A DNA stretch of 64,000 nt, from contig CAXRFT010000015.1 in assembly GCA_964230135.1 (NCBI GenBank), positions 12,708 through 76,707 of the forward strand, read 5' to 3'. Position numbers and translations under genes: made by a program. Position 1 is the first letter of the stretch, and the number at the start of each line of letters is the position of its first letter. Positions 28,892 to 38,949 of this stretch are shown here, piece by piece. This DNA comes from Porticoccaceae bacterium. GTDB taxonomy: Bacteria; Pseudomonadota; Gammaproteobacteria; Pseudomonadales; Porticoccaceae. The notes below the pieces were generated by a model that searched no databases, was not told where the DNA came from, and saw nothing but the letters and a program-made list of their open reading frames with translations.

Positions 28892-29203
28892 CTAATGGCC
28901 TATCATCCTGCCGACAAACTGACCAAACGGAAATTTAAGCCTATAAACAACCTTGCCAACAATGGATTTAAATGAGTGAGGACGATCACAACAGGACGAT
29001 GCCAACCGTGGGTTATCTCCCACGAGTGTCACATTGTCAGATCCTAATCGGTGGATTCTCTTGACAATCAGTCCAGCATCATCCGTGTTGACCACCACAA
29101 CATCACCCACAGCTGGCAACAGTACTCTTCGGGTGAGCAAGAGATCACCCGGCGAGTAAGTAGGCTGCATGCTGTTGCCGGATACGCGAAATAGTTTAAG
29201 CAC
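28892..29203 (-). CDS. sodX: NiSOD maturation peptidase SodX (S26 signal-peptidase-like)
   Basis: 103 aa with the catalytic Ser box VSGNSMQPT. It overlaps the sodN stop by 8 nt. Confidence 0.8.
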   Translation of the reverse strand: MLKLFRVSGNSMQPTYSPGDLLLTRRVLLPAVGDVVVVNTDDAGLIVKRIHRLGSDNVTLVGDNPRLASSCCDRPHSFKSIVGKVVYRLKFPFGQFVGRMIGH

Positions 29204-29666
29204 TCGCCAACACGGGCTGAACCACAGCCATAGCTGGTGGGTAAGGTGCTATCACTGAGGTCGTCGCCACCCCCTTGGTAGCCCAAAATATTTCAGCAAA
29301 TCGATTGACACTAGCCAACAGATTCTCGCCATTCTCCCTCGCAATGCCTTGCTTGCATTTTGAAGCTTGCTGCATGATGGTGTGCACCAACTCATGAACT
29401 TCAGGGAACGCTTCAATCTGAGGAGCTTTGAAATAATCACCCCATATGGTTGCCACATCGTGCTTGACAGCAGCCGCATGAGTTTCTTTCTGCTCGATGA
29501 GTCGAACCAATTGTGCTGAATCAGAAGCTGAAGTCACGGGGTCACCCAATTCGTGGATCAAATCCAACAATCTGATCACACTCAGCACTGCAATTTGCGC
29601 AGTCGCTGGATCATAGATCTTACAGGGGATATCGCAGTGTGCTTGTACGTTAGTTATTCCAAACAT
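29196..29666 (-). CDS. sodN: Nickel-containing superoxide dismutase precursor
   Basis: A 9-aa leader (MFGITNVQA) is followed by the Ni-hook HCDIPCKIYDP (consensus HCDLPCGVYDP). Confidence 0.92.
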   Translation of the reverse strand: MFGITNVQAHCDIPCKIYDPATAQIAVLSVIRLLDLIHELGDPVTSASDSAQLVRLIEQKETHAAAVKHDVATIWGDYFKAPQIEAFPEVHELVHTIMQQASKCKQGIARENGENLLASVNRFAEIFWATKGVATTSVIAPYPPAMAVVQPVLASA

Positions 29667-29689
29667 GTAAAATTTTCCTGTCTAGTCAA

Positions 29690-29911
29690 TTAATTTTCAT
29701 TGGAGTGATGTTTATTGTCCGATGTCTTTTGCTCAATACTATTGGTACGCAGTGATCTCAACACAATCATAGTCAGGCCCGAAAGCGCGAGCACAAGCAC
29801 AAGTGCCTGAGCCAGAACTCCGTGGTCATGCCAAATACCGTTGTGGTCGCCTGTATGAGCAAATACTGCACTCGACACTAGCAGTAATACTACTGTTGAT
29901 AGAAATTTCAT
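29690..29911 (-). CDS. His-rich small membrane protein (73 aa), probably co-transcribed with sodN
   Basis: A signal peptide (LLLVSSAVFA) is followed directly by HTGDHNGIWHDHG, then one TM helix and a KHHSNEN tail. It ends 23 nt upstream of the sodN start. Confidence 0.5.
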   Translation of the reverse strand: MKFLSTVVLLLVSSAVFAHTGDHNGIWHDHGVLAQALVLVLALSGLTMIVLRSLRTNSIEQKTSDNKHHSNEN

Positions 29912-30118
29912 TATCGTTAGTTCCTTGTAATAAGAAGTCTTTATTTATAAGCCCTAGCAGATACACCAAATAACTGCCGATTAACAGGCCAGCAATCAAT
30001 GATTCGTCCGTTAGCTTGCAACAAAATCATAGTGTTAAATGAATACAAAGACAATCACCCATTTATCAATTATTATCATGGCGGCAAAACTATCTTGTTC
30101 TACAACAGCCGTTTCGGA

Positions 30119-30508
30119 TCATAAAACAATCAGTGGCATCACACTCAGCACCAAAATAGCCAACGTCATTGAGACACTAGCGAAATGAAGCAAACGGAAA
30201 CGGTTTTGCTTACCCTCATCTCTAGCTCTGTTAGTGCTTGGAATTATTACGTAACAGCTCGTCGCTAAAATAATTTGACTTGCGCTGAGCAACATACTAA
30301 CAGTGTGACCAAGGTAAATTGATAGCACTGCACTAATGAAACCCACGATAGCCAGAAATATAAAAAATTTTGGGAACACCATGCGCAAAAAAGGGCCGGC
30401 CTGCTCAGCGGCGAAGCCTTTGAAAATCGTAGGAGCAATGACTGTAGTCTGGAACAGAATTATCCCAATTGAAATACCGCTACACAGAATTATAGCGCTT
30501 AACAGCAT
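30119..30508 (-). CDS. DUF4149/TMEM205-like membrane protein
   Basis: Four predicted TM helices. The FQTTVIAPTIFK...FLRMVFPKFF pattern resembles DUF4149. The start is trimmed to MLLSAIIL ('cat' at 30506-30508). Confidence 0.5.
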   Translation of the reverse strand: MLLSAIILCSGISIGIILFQTTVIAPTIFKGFAAEQAGPFLRMVFPKFFIFLAIVGFISAVLSIYLGHTVSMLLSASQIILATSCYVIIPSTNRARDEGKQNRFRLLHFASVSMTLAILVLSVMPLIVL

Positions 30509-30783
30509 GACGTTGACGTCCTCAATAGTGGTTTGCTGTGCGATCACAGCAACATGGTTGTGCACTTAAAACAGAGGGCGCGTAATCAAGCCTAGGAGTG
30601 CAACAACAGGGTACTTGGTCTATACGTTTAGACCGAGGGTTTTGGTCTGCAATTTCAATTAGGTTAATTTAACAGATTTACGGTTTGCGCCATGCGGGCC
30701 AAACTCAAAGGTTGTATTCGCTCGGATACGACAGCCGTCTGTTGTTTAGGTTATTTTTACCCTGATCAGAAGTAAATGCTTAA

Positions 30784-31014
30784 TTATAATGCGCTGTGCA
30801 TGGATTTTCTCAGAGTAACTGTGTTAGTTCTGTGCAACCTTATCGCACGGATTAAACGAGGAACCACCAACAGAACCATAGCGCAGGTAAAAGCGCCTAA
30901 GGATAGCTGTGCAATCAGGTTAGCTGAAGAAGACAAATAGTTTACTGCTGACAACAAAAATCCAGTAAGGCTCGTCCAGGCTGAGAGGTCATTCATAGCA
31001 ATAATTATCTCCAC
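30784..31014 (-). CDS. Hypothetical small membrane protein (76 aa, 2 TM)
   Basis: Supported only by the ORF and its hydrophobicity. No family was recognised. Confidence 0.3.
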   Translation of the reverse strand: MEIIIAMNDLSAWTSLTGFLLSAVNYLSSSANLIAQLSLGAFTCAMVLLVVPRLIRAIRLHRTNTVTLRKSMHSAL

Positions 31015-31144
31015 AATAAGTCTGTTTGTTCTTGCAAGAGTATTTCAGACCCACCGAAAACGAAAAAGTTCCAAAGGATAAGCGATGACAAGCAGAACCT
31101 ATTTGCATTGCGTAAAAACGGCACCATGCGCTAACGAATTCTAT

Positions 31145-32524
31145 TTAATCCTGCCTAAAATTTCCTTCAATGTTTGCAGCCATCCACACGAAGGCGGCAT
31201 AGGCTGCCACATTTTGGGCGATATCCGCTGGTTGAATTTTATCCAACGTATCATCTGGTGTGTGATGCAGATCGAAGTAATCCCATCCATTTTGCTTGAG
31301 GGTCACCACTGGCATACCCAAGGCTCGTAAAGGTCCCATATCAGGACCTCCGGAGGCATTGTTATCGCCCATCGCTATACCAAGAGGCTCTAGAACTTTT
31401 TGCATTTCTCGGCCAATGGACAATTTGCTCTCGTCAAAATTTGTTTCAAAGCGCCAAATTTTTCCTGCACCAAAATCTGATTCCGCACCAACCACATGCT
31501 TTGAAATCTGATCTTTGTAGCGCTCTGCATAGGCTCTGGCGCCAACTAATCCCACCTCCTCAGCACCGAACATCACCACCCTGATTGTACGTCTTGGAGT
31601 CTTACCCATGGCCATGATCATTTTCGCCGCAGCCACAGTAATGCCGATGCCGGCTGCATCGTCCACGGCACCGGTACCCAAGTCCCAACTATCTAAATGG
31701 CCGCCGATGATGACAACCTCATCAGTCATCCCCGGGATCTCTCCAATCACATTACCCGACTGTCGTTCACCGGGAGACGTCACATCCAGCAGCAGCTTGA
31801 CTTCCACGTCTCCACGAGTCAGAGCGCGCTGAAGCTGATCAGCATCGGGTGGAGAGAGTGCGGCAATTGGCACCTTGTGCACTGAATCTTCGTATTGCAT
31901 TTGACCCGTGTGCGGAAAACGATGATGGTCAGTTCCCACCGAGCGAATAAGTGCCGCCAGGGCACCCCGTCGCCCCGCCTCATTGGCCGCACCAGAGCGT
32001 TTTTGCACCGCAGCGCCATAGCCTGTCCCGTCCTGTGTTCTCGTCATAAACTCATCGACGAAGACAATTTTCCCCTCTAGACCCTCCATTGGTGCATCGC
32101 GTAGAGATTGCATTGTAGGAAATCTAACAATCTTGCCCACCACACCACCGGGCTCAGTCGCAACACTTCCACCAAGAGCGGTGATAACCAGCTGTTGTGG
32201 GAAAGGCGCAGTAATTTCAGCAACCTCGGCATGGCGCTCCCAATAGGTCACCGGGAAGGTTTCAATACGCACATTTTTAAAGTCCAGCGCCTCTAGTTTT
32301 TTAACCCCCCAGTCTCTGGCGCGCGCCTCGGCCTCACTTCCGGCCAAACGCTGACCCACTTCAGTCGTCAAGCTCTCGATAATATCGTAACCTAGACCAC
32401 TCTCAAGGCTAACCGCCATAAGCTCAGCCGCTTCTCTTTGCAACGACTCATCGATACTCTTTGCCAAGGAACATAGTGACAGAAAGCAAAACCACAAAAC
32501 CATCAATACTTTTAAGACTCTCAT
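31145..32524 (-). CDS. M28 family metallopeptidase with PA domain
   Basis: Contains GGHLDSWD.GTGA.DD..G (Zn ligands), FGAEE.GL.G and a final HHTPDD block. The start is trimmed to the signal peptide MRVLKVLMVLWF ('cat' at 32522-32524). Confidence 0.85.
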   Translation of the reverse strand: MRVLKVLMVLWFCFLSLCSLAKSIDESLQREAAELMAVSLESGLGYDIIESLTTEVGQRLAGSEAEARARDWGVKKLEALDFKNVRIETFPVTYWERHAEVAEITAPFPQQLVITALGGSVATEPGGVVGKIVRFPTMQSLRDAPMEGLEGKIVFVDEFMTRTQDGTGYGAAVQKRSGAANEAGRRGALAALIRSVGTDHHRFPHTGQMQYEDSVHKVPIAALSPPDADQLQRALTRGDVEVKLLLDVTSPGERQSGNVIGEIPGMTDEVVIIGGHLDSWDLGTGAVDDAAGIGITVAAAKMIMAMGKTPRRTIRVVMFGAEEVGLVGARAYAERYKDQISKHVVGAESDFGAGKIWRFETNFDESKLSIGREMQKVLEPLGIAMGDNNASGGPDMGPLRALGMPVVTLKQNGWDYFDLHHTPDDTLDKIQPADIAQNVAAYAAFVWMAANIEGNFRQD

Positions 32525-32639
32525 ATAATAGATCCTGGTAACAATTTTCATCCCTTTGGCGTTAATCCCACCCTCTATCAAAAAAACCAACTCACTGCCG
32601 CGCGATGAACCTCAGGGCATCTATGGAACATTCTAGCAC

Positions 32640-34115
32640 TCAGTAAACAATAGTCTGTATTGCCCGCGCCGGAATAGTCAACTGTGACTGGATTTCCCCG
32701 ACAAAAAAATTGTAGTTGATCGCTTCATCTGTATGGTTCATGACAATAGTAGCCATCTGACCATCATCGTTTACAAAGGATGTTGCCAACAGAAAGCTTC
32801 GACTGCTACTGGTGCTCATGCGCTGCGCGTTGGGCTTAACAAATTTCGAGAAATGGCCGATGTAGTAATACGTGGGGGTGTATATCAACTCGTCGGTTCG
32901 AGTATCTCCATGAATTGGAGCGAAACAAAAATTTTGTACGTGATTGGGACCACCTGTGTGATCCAATAATATGTTCCAATCGGTCCAACCCACTGTTCCC
33001 CGATTAAAATCATTGATCATAGAGTGCCCATAGCGCTCGGCGTTGGGCCAGTACTGGTAGCGATCGGCCCTGAAATTTTCATTGGTACCCTCAGTAAACA
33101 GTAAGTTCTTAGTCGGGTACGATTCATGAACCAGTGCGAGATTATCATGCATGGTCTCCCCTCCCGCCCAGGTTTCATACCAATGAAAGCCAATGCCCCA
33201 GGCGTATTTTGCCGCCTCGGGATCTTCAAAGATCACGTTAGCACGTCGCGTAATCAGATCTCGATTGTGATCCCAAACGACAATTTTCTTATCGCCCAAG
33301 CCCTCTTGTTCCAGTGTTGGCCCCAGATGGTTTTTGAGGAAATCCCGCTCTTCCTCTGCGGTATAAATCATGGACTCCCACCGCTGCACTGCCATGGGCT
33401 CGTTCTGAATGGTAACGCCCCAAACTGGAATGTCTTCTTCCTCATAAGCCTTGATAAATTTGGCAAAATACTGCGCCCAGGTATCATAGTACTCGGGCAA
33501 TAATTTGCCTCCCTGGAGCATATTATTGTTCGTTTTCATAAACGCCGGCGCACTCCAAGGACTGGCATAAAAAGTCAGTTCTCCACCAGCGGTCTCCATA
33601 GCGCGCTTGATCAGCGGAATCCTAAATTCGCGGTCTTTTTCGATACTGAAGGTGGCCAGAGATTTGTCACCCTCTTCGATATAAGTGTGACTGCCACTAC
33701 CAAAGTCTGCACTGTGAATCGACGTGCGCACCAAGGTGTAGCCGATACCTTCATCCTTATCGAAATAAGCCTTGAGAACCTCTTCTTGATTCTCTGGTGA
33801 GAGCTTGGCGAACACTTCTGAACTAGCATCCGTAATGGCACCACCAAACCCAAGCACTTTTTGGTAGCGCTTGTTGGGATTAACAAACACCGAGACTTCT
33901 GACTCAAACGGCTGTATGCTGGGTTTGAACTCCAAATGATCAGTCAGAGACAAACGTTTATCCGTATCTTTCGCCGTGGTGTAGACCCGCGCACTCAATT
34001 CTCCGGCTGCGAAATAATCGGCCATTTTATGCTCCATCTCTGAATTCGGTGACTGCTCCTGACAGGCTAATAGGAAAATTATTGACGAAAGTATCGCTAG
34101 TCTTATTTTGGTCAT
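32640..34115 (-). CDS. Glycoside hydrolase family 30 (glucosylceramidase / beta-1,6-glucanase-like), lipoprotein
   Basis: Lipobox IIFLLAC, FGGAITDAS, the acid/base TIQNEP and the nucleophile region LLFTEGT. Confidence 0.86.
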   Translation of the reverse strand: MTKIRLAILSSIIFLLACQEQSPNSEMEHKMADYFAAGELSARVYTTAKDTDKRLSLTDHLEFKPSIQPFESEVSVFVNPNKRYQKVLGFGGAITDASSEVFAKLSPENQEEVLKAYFDKDEGIGYTLVRTSIHSADFGSGSHTYIEEGDKSLATFSIEKDREFRIPLIKRAMETAGGELTFYASPWSAPAFMKTNNNMLQGGKLLPEYYDTWAQYFAKFIKAYEEEDIPVWGVTIQNEPMAVQRWESMIYTAEEERDFLKNHLGPTLEQEGLGDKKIVVWDHNRDLITRRANVIFEDPEAAKYAWGIGFHWYETWAGGETMHDNLALVHESYPTKNLLFTEGTNENFRADRYQYWPNAERYGHSMINDFNRGTVGWTDWNILLDHTGGPNHVQNFCFAPIHGDTRTDELIYTPTYYYIGHFSKFVKPNAQRMSTSSSRSFLLATSFVNDDGQMATIVMNHTDEAINYNFFVGEIQSQLTIPARAIQTIVY

Positions 34116-34247
34116 GTACTGATCTACCCATCACTGCGTTTAACAAAAAAATGGTGCTTTAAAATTTTTTAGCAAAATATTTTGCTGACGTTACAGAATT
34201 CAAGTCACCTACCCTAAAAGAAAATATTAATCTGCATGATTGCCGAT

Positions 34248-35039
34248 TTAGTGCCCGTCCAACATACGACCAAGACCACCAAGTACCGAGCCCTCTCCTT
34301 TATCAGAGCCTCCAAAACTTGGAGCGCTACTGATAACCCTGTCCGCCAATCTGGAGAACGGCAAACTCTGCAGGTACACCTTTCCCGTTCCTCGAAGTGT
34401 GGCTAAAAACAATCCCTCACCTCCAAAAAACATCGACTTCAGCCCTCCAGCTCTCTCGATACTATAGTCAATACCCGGGGTGAACCCTACAATACAGCCG
34501 GTATCAACCCGAATCGTCTCACCACGAAGTTCCCGCTCCACGATGGTGCCACCAGCGTGTACGAAAGCCATGCCGTCCCCACGAAGGCGCTGCAAAATAA
34601 AACCCTCACCACCAAAAAATCCCGCCCCAAGACGTTGATTAAACGTGATGCTCACTTCTGTACCTAGGGCAGCACATAAAAATGCGTCCTTCTGACAAAT
34701 AAAATCACCACCGAGGGTATTCATGTCCAGCGCAATAATCTTGCCTGGATAGGGAGCAGCAAAAGCGACACATTTTTTACCCACTCCAACATTACTGAAG
34801 TGGGTCATAAAAATAGATTCACCGGTAAGGGCCCGTTTACCCACGTCCAATAAACTTCCAAACAAACCCTTGTCAGGTTGAGATCCATCTCCCATTTTTG
34901 CCTCGAAAGCAACACCGTCATCCATCCAATTCATGGCTCCGGCTTCGGCTATCACTGTTTCGGAGGGGTCCAATTCCACCTCTACTACTTGCATGTCATC
35001 GCCAAAAATTTCGTAATCAATTTTGTGGCACTTCATCAT
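34248..35039 (-). CDS. AIM24 / TIGR00266 (DUF124) family protein
   Basis: Y.I.G...Q.V.V.L.P.E.V.AE.GAM.WM is the typical N-terminus. The C-terminus is glycine-rich. Confidence 0.82.
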   Translation of the reverse strand: MMKCHKIDYEIFGDDMQVVEVELDPSETVIAEAGAMNWMDDGVAFEAKMGDGSQPDKGLFGSLLDVGKRALTGESIFMTHFSNVGVGKKCVAFAAPYPGKIIALDMNTLGGDFICQKDAFLCAALGTEVSITFNQRLGAGFFGGEGFILQRLRGDGMAFVHAGGTIVERELRGETIRVDTGCIVGFTPGIDYSIERAGGLKSMFFGGEGLFLATLRGTGKVYLQSLPFSRLADRVISSAPSFGGSDKGEGSVLGGLGRMLDGH

Positions 35040-35234
35040 AAACTCCTTTTAAGTTTTCCATAGTTATTTAGATTACTAACTTGGCCGAAAACTATACACG
35101 CCTATATAGTTATAATAAAGTGAGTGGCGTCAGAGAAAGAGACACCTCGGCACAGGCAAGCAATGCACAAGGATATAGTAAAGATGTGTGCATGCCTGCG
35201 GAGCGTCAGGATGATGGGAGAAACTCAGTCAATA

Positions 35235-36443
35235 ATGAGTCTGAAAAGAAAAAAAATCTCTACGGCCCAGCTAGAGGTTGGGATGTTCGTGAATAAACTT
35301 TGTGCTCCCTGGTGGCAACATCCCTTTTGGCGATCAAAATTTATCATCACTTCATCAACACAAATCGACAAGATACTCGCCAGTGGTATCGAGCAAGTCA
35401 TTATTGACATGCACAAGGGAGCTGATATTTCCCATCCAAGCACAACCAAACCCTTGGAACAGAGCGAGACTTCAAAAACCAGCGATGCACCAACTGAAGT
35501 GCCAATGGAACAGGAGTTGGATCGAGCAATTGCGGTGTATGATCAATCCAAACAGGCAATACGAAGTATGTTTGACGATATTCGTATGGGTAAATCAGTC
35601 ACGATTGAGACAGCCACATCTATGGTGTCTGCCATTTCAGAATCAGTGATGAGCAATTCCAGTGCTCTAATTAGTATTGTCAGATTAAAAACAGCGGACG
35701 AGTATACCTATATGCACTCAGTGGCAGTCTGCGCATTGATGATCGCTCTGGCGAAAGCCTGCGGCTATGATCAAAAAGCTTGCAAAGAAGTGGGTCTTGC
35801 CGGTCTACTCCATGATATTGGCAAAGTGACAATCCCCAATGCGATTATTAACAAGGCGGGGGCCCTTACTGAGGAAGAATTCCGTATTATGCGAACACAT
35901 CCACAGCGAGGGTACGACATTTTAAAGACCCAATATCAAGTATCAGAGGCGATACTCGATGTTTGTCTGCACCATCATGAGCGGATTGATGGTCAGGGCT
36001 ATCCCAATAAGTTAGTTGGTGACCAGATTAGTCAACTGACCAAAATGGCCTCCATCTGCGACGTCTACGATGCGGTAACATCAACTCGACCCTATAAAGC
36101 AGGCTGGAATCCCTCTAAAGCATTAAAAGAAATGGCTAAATGGGATGGACACTTCGACAACAAACTATTTCAGACCTTTGTAAAAATGATCGGCATCTAC
36201 CCAGTGGGGTCCTTTGTCCGGTTACAGAGTGACAAAATGGGTGTCGTGATCGAGCAACACAAGGATTCGTTACTGACTCCTCGAGTAAAGGTATTTTACT
36301 CGGCCACAAGCCACTCATTCATCAATGAAGAAATTATTGACCTGTCCTCTAAAAAGGCCAATGACAGTATAGTGGGCCCAGAAAATCCCGTTGACTGGGA
36401 CATCTTCAACATTGAGAAATACTGGGCGGTCAGCACTGGCTGA
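35235..36443 (+). CDS. HD-GYP domain phosphodiesterase with N-terminal DUF3391
   Basis: Contains HSVAV, LLHDIGK and HHERIDGQGYP. The N-terminus I....L..GMFV.KL..PW..HPFW matches the DUF3391 pattern. The start is trimmed to MSLKRKK (ATG at 35235). Confidence 0.86.
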   Translation: MSLKRKKISTAQLEVGMFVNKLCAPWWQHPFWRSKFIITSSTQIDKILASGIEQVIIDMHKGADISHPSTTKPLEQSETSKTSDAPTEVPMEQELDRAIAVYDQSKQAIRSMFDDIRMGKSVTIETATSMVSAISESVMSNSSALISIVRLKTADEYTYMHSVAVCALMIALAKACGYDQKACKEVGLAGLLHDIGKVTIPNAIINKAGALTEEEFRIMRTHPQRGYDILKTQYQVSEAILDVCLHHHERIDGQGYPNKLVGDQISQLTKMASICDVYDAVTSTRPYKAGWNPSKALKEMAKWDGHFDNKLFQTFVKMIGIYPVGSFVRLQSDKMGVVIEQHKDSLLTPRVKVFYSATSHSFINEEIIDLSSKKANDSIVGPENPVDWDIFNIEKYWAVSTG

Positions 36444-36464
36444 GCCGACAGATCTTTATTGTCA

Positions 36465-38384
36465 CTATGGAAGCTCAGTGACAGCTCGATGTGCCTGCTC
36501 AACTGCAGACTCCAACATTGCGCTGGCGCCAGCATCTGCATTAGCGATAGTGATGCGATTAAAGGGTTGTCTCGCTTTTACATGCGGATATCTGGGATCA
36601 TCGTAATCATCGTAGAGCGTATCAAACAGCATGTGCGATGAAATATCATATGCATAGCCGTGCGCCCAGCGATTGACCGTAATTGCTTGGATGTCCTCTA
36701 CCGGATCAAAGTCAGTGCCGTCGAGCAACCCTACTAACTGATAACGAGTATAACGCTCGATATCTTCAAATGAGGTAGTCAGCAGCTCGTAGCGTGCCTG
36801 ACGATATTGTTGTTTAGCATTTAAACCCTGATTATTGACATGAGGGAAACGCCACAAGTTAATCACTACTGGGCTCTCGGGACCATCAGTAAATTGATAG
36901 TCATCAAAATTTACCGGGTAAGCAATCTGTACACCCACGTAATAGGAGCCTGGGCACATTACTGAGCCGATACCCAATTGCTTGAGAGCACTCCAACGGC
37001 GCAGTGCAACACGGGTGAACAGGATAGGCTGCTTAACTTGATCAGCTAAGGCATCCTTCTGTGATGCGGGCAGTGATGGACAAAGATACGGAATCATTGA
37101 ATTATTGCAGGCCAATACACAGCGGTGAGCGTTAATTCGGAAAGCCCTGTTTTCAGAGACATAACTAATTGCCACAAGCTTGTCCGCCTCGACATTCTGA
37201 TGTTCCACATTCACCACCGTAGCATTGAGTCGCAAGCGTGTTTTCGACGACGGCAAGTCGAGCTTGGTATAGTCAAATGTGGCGCGGACAATATCATCCA
37301 TGGTCGATCCAGGTGCAACACCGGCAATCAGCTTGCGCACTAACAGACGAGCTATGGATGCGTTCCCATCAGGAAATCGATGAATCGGTGGTTTATAGCT
37401 GGCGCTGTTTTTTTTCGGTAATCCAGCCGCATCCCATCCGGGCAATCGTGAGTAGGATAGAGCAGAAAAGGCATCCACCGCTTCTATACCTAATCCATTG
37501 TCCACCGTGAAGTCTTGTAGAAGTTGGAAAATTTCCGGTTGCCTAATGTTTAAATCATCAGCTAGAAAATCTCGATAGCTGATACTCGATAAATACGCAT
37601 ATTTGTCCTCAGGCGCTATATGCGAAATTTGATCCTCTTCAATACTTAACAAATGCAAAAGTTCTTGTTTTGCAGCCTCTGAAATGGGCAGTAATTCGAA
37701 CGATTCGCTCAATTTTAAAGGTCCGTCAACCGTCAGTGGATGGCCGAAATAACCTTTTGGAAAGGCTACTGTTCGGTTTACACCCCAATCTTTTTTATTG
37801 AAATACAAACCTCCTGCCAAACGGTGACGTGAGAAAAAATCTCTATCGAATGTCTCTGTGAAACGATCAAAGTTAATCCCTAGATCGGTCATGAGCTCCT
37901 TAACAATGTCACTATAGCCTGAAGGATTTACCAAATAGGAGCTGCCACCGTAACTGATAAGCTCTCTGTCACCCACGGTAAATTCATTTCTCTTGGCATG
38001 CCCGCCGAAATCGTCGTGATTGTCAATAATCAGGATACGCGCCTGCGGATTATTTTTGCGATAGAAGTGGGCTGCAGACAAACCACTTATACCAGCACCC
38101 ACCACCACCAAGTCATAGATTTCAGCATCGGGTTCGCTGACTTCACCCCAGTTGGAGCGACCAGCCCGGGCGAGCTGATGCGCCACCTCAAAGGACCCCG
38201 GATGGTTACCCCGCATACCAATGCGCGCCGGTGGATAGCGGCGGTCAATTTTCGGGGCGGGCCGGGGATACGTTTTCAGCTTACTGATTGTTGACCAGGT
38301 AGGACTGGACACTAAGGCACTCGACGTTGCTGTGACGGCGGCAAATCCCTGAACGATGTCACGCCGGGAAATATCCGCGCGCAT
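36465..38384 (-). CDS. Tat-exported FAD-dependent amine-oxidase-like oxidoreductase (spermidine dehydrogenase-like)
   Basis: Tat motif SRRDIVQGFAAVTATSSALV and dinucleotide fold YDLVVVGAGISGLSAA...IIDNHDDFGGH. The start is trimmed to MRADISRRD ('cat' at 38382-38384). The subfamily assignment is tentative. Confidence 0.75.
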   Translation of the reverse strand: MRADISRRDIVQGFAAVTATSSALVSSPTWSTISKLKTYPRPAPKIDRRYPPARIGMRGNHPGSFEVAHQLARAGRSNWGEVSEPDAEIYDLVVVGAGISGLSAAHFYRKNNPQARILIIDNHDDFGGHAKRNEFTVGDRELISYGGSSYLVNPSGYSDIVKELMTDLGINFDRFTETFDRDFFSRHRLAGGLYFNKKDWGVNRTVAFPKGYFGHPLTVDGPLKLSESFELLPISEAAKQELLHLLSIEEDQISHIAPEDKYAYLSSISYRDFLADDLNIRQPEIFQLLQDFTVDNGLGIEAVDAFSALSYSRLPGWDAAGLPKKNSASYKPPIHRFPDGNASIARLLVRKLIAGVAPGSTMDDIVRATFDYTKLDLPSSKTRLRLNATVVNVEHQNVEADKLVAISYVSENRAFRINAHRCVLACNNSMIPYLCPSLPASQKDALADQVKQPILFTRVALRRWSALKQLGIGSVMCPGSYYVGVQIAYPVNFDDYQFTDGPESPVVINLWRFPHVNNQGLNAKQQYRQARYELLTTSFEDIERYTRYQLVGLLDGTDFDPVEDIQAITVNRWAHGYAYDISSHMLFDTLYDDYDDPRYPHVKARQPFNRITIANADAGASAMLESAVEQAHRAVTELP

Positions 38385-38582
38385 ACCCAAATCACACTCT
38401 GATTTAACCATAACTAACAACCACTGAGATGCAGAAACGAGGACCAAGAAGTGCCCGATAGTAATTGATCAACGATAAGTGATGCAACCGCACCGACAAG
38501 CACAGTCACACCGAATCGGTGACATTGATTCTAGATCGCCAGCGGTTAGGGATCACATTTCAACCATTGACGCCTGATTGCA

Positions 38583-38936
38583 CTAGCTAGCCATCAACAT
38601 ATCGACCTTTGCTGCACATATAAAATCATTGATGGATAAGCCATCAATTTCATGTGTGCTGAACTTAACCACGCAGTATCCCCAGCCAAAATTAATATCA
38701 GGGTGATGTCCCTGTTGATCTCCCAACCATGCGATCACGTTGGCTGTTTGCAGCGCTTTGGCAAAACCTTTAAAGCGAAATACTCGCACAAGCTGCCTCT
38801 GCTCTATGTCGGCTATCCAGTCTTGATGAATCTCCTTGAGCGACCTAGCTATGTCGGCTTCACTCAATTTGGCGATATTTTTTTGATCCTTGTCGCAGAC
38901 TCTCTCAGCGAGTCCCATAGCATTATTATTGATCAT
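38583..38936 (-). CDS. phhB: Pterin-4-alpha-carbinolamine dehydratase
   Basis: Contains F.F..F..A......V..... .Q.HHPDI....Y..V...STH. It lies directly downstream of phhA. The start is trimmed to MINNNAMG to avoid overlapping phhA. Confidence 0.82.
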   Translation of the reverse strand: MINNNAMGLAERVCDKDQKNIAKLSEADIARSLKEIHQDWIADIEQRQLVRVFRFKGFAKALQTANVIAWLGDQQGHHPDINFGWGYCVVKFSTHEIDGLSINDFICAAKVDMLMAS

Positions 38937-38949
38937 CACTTTTGTCCTT

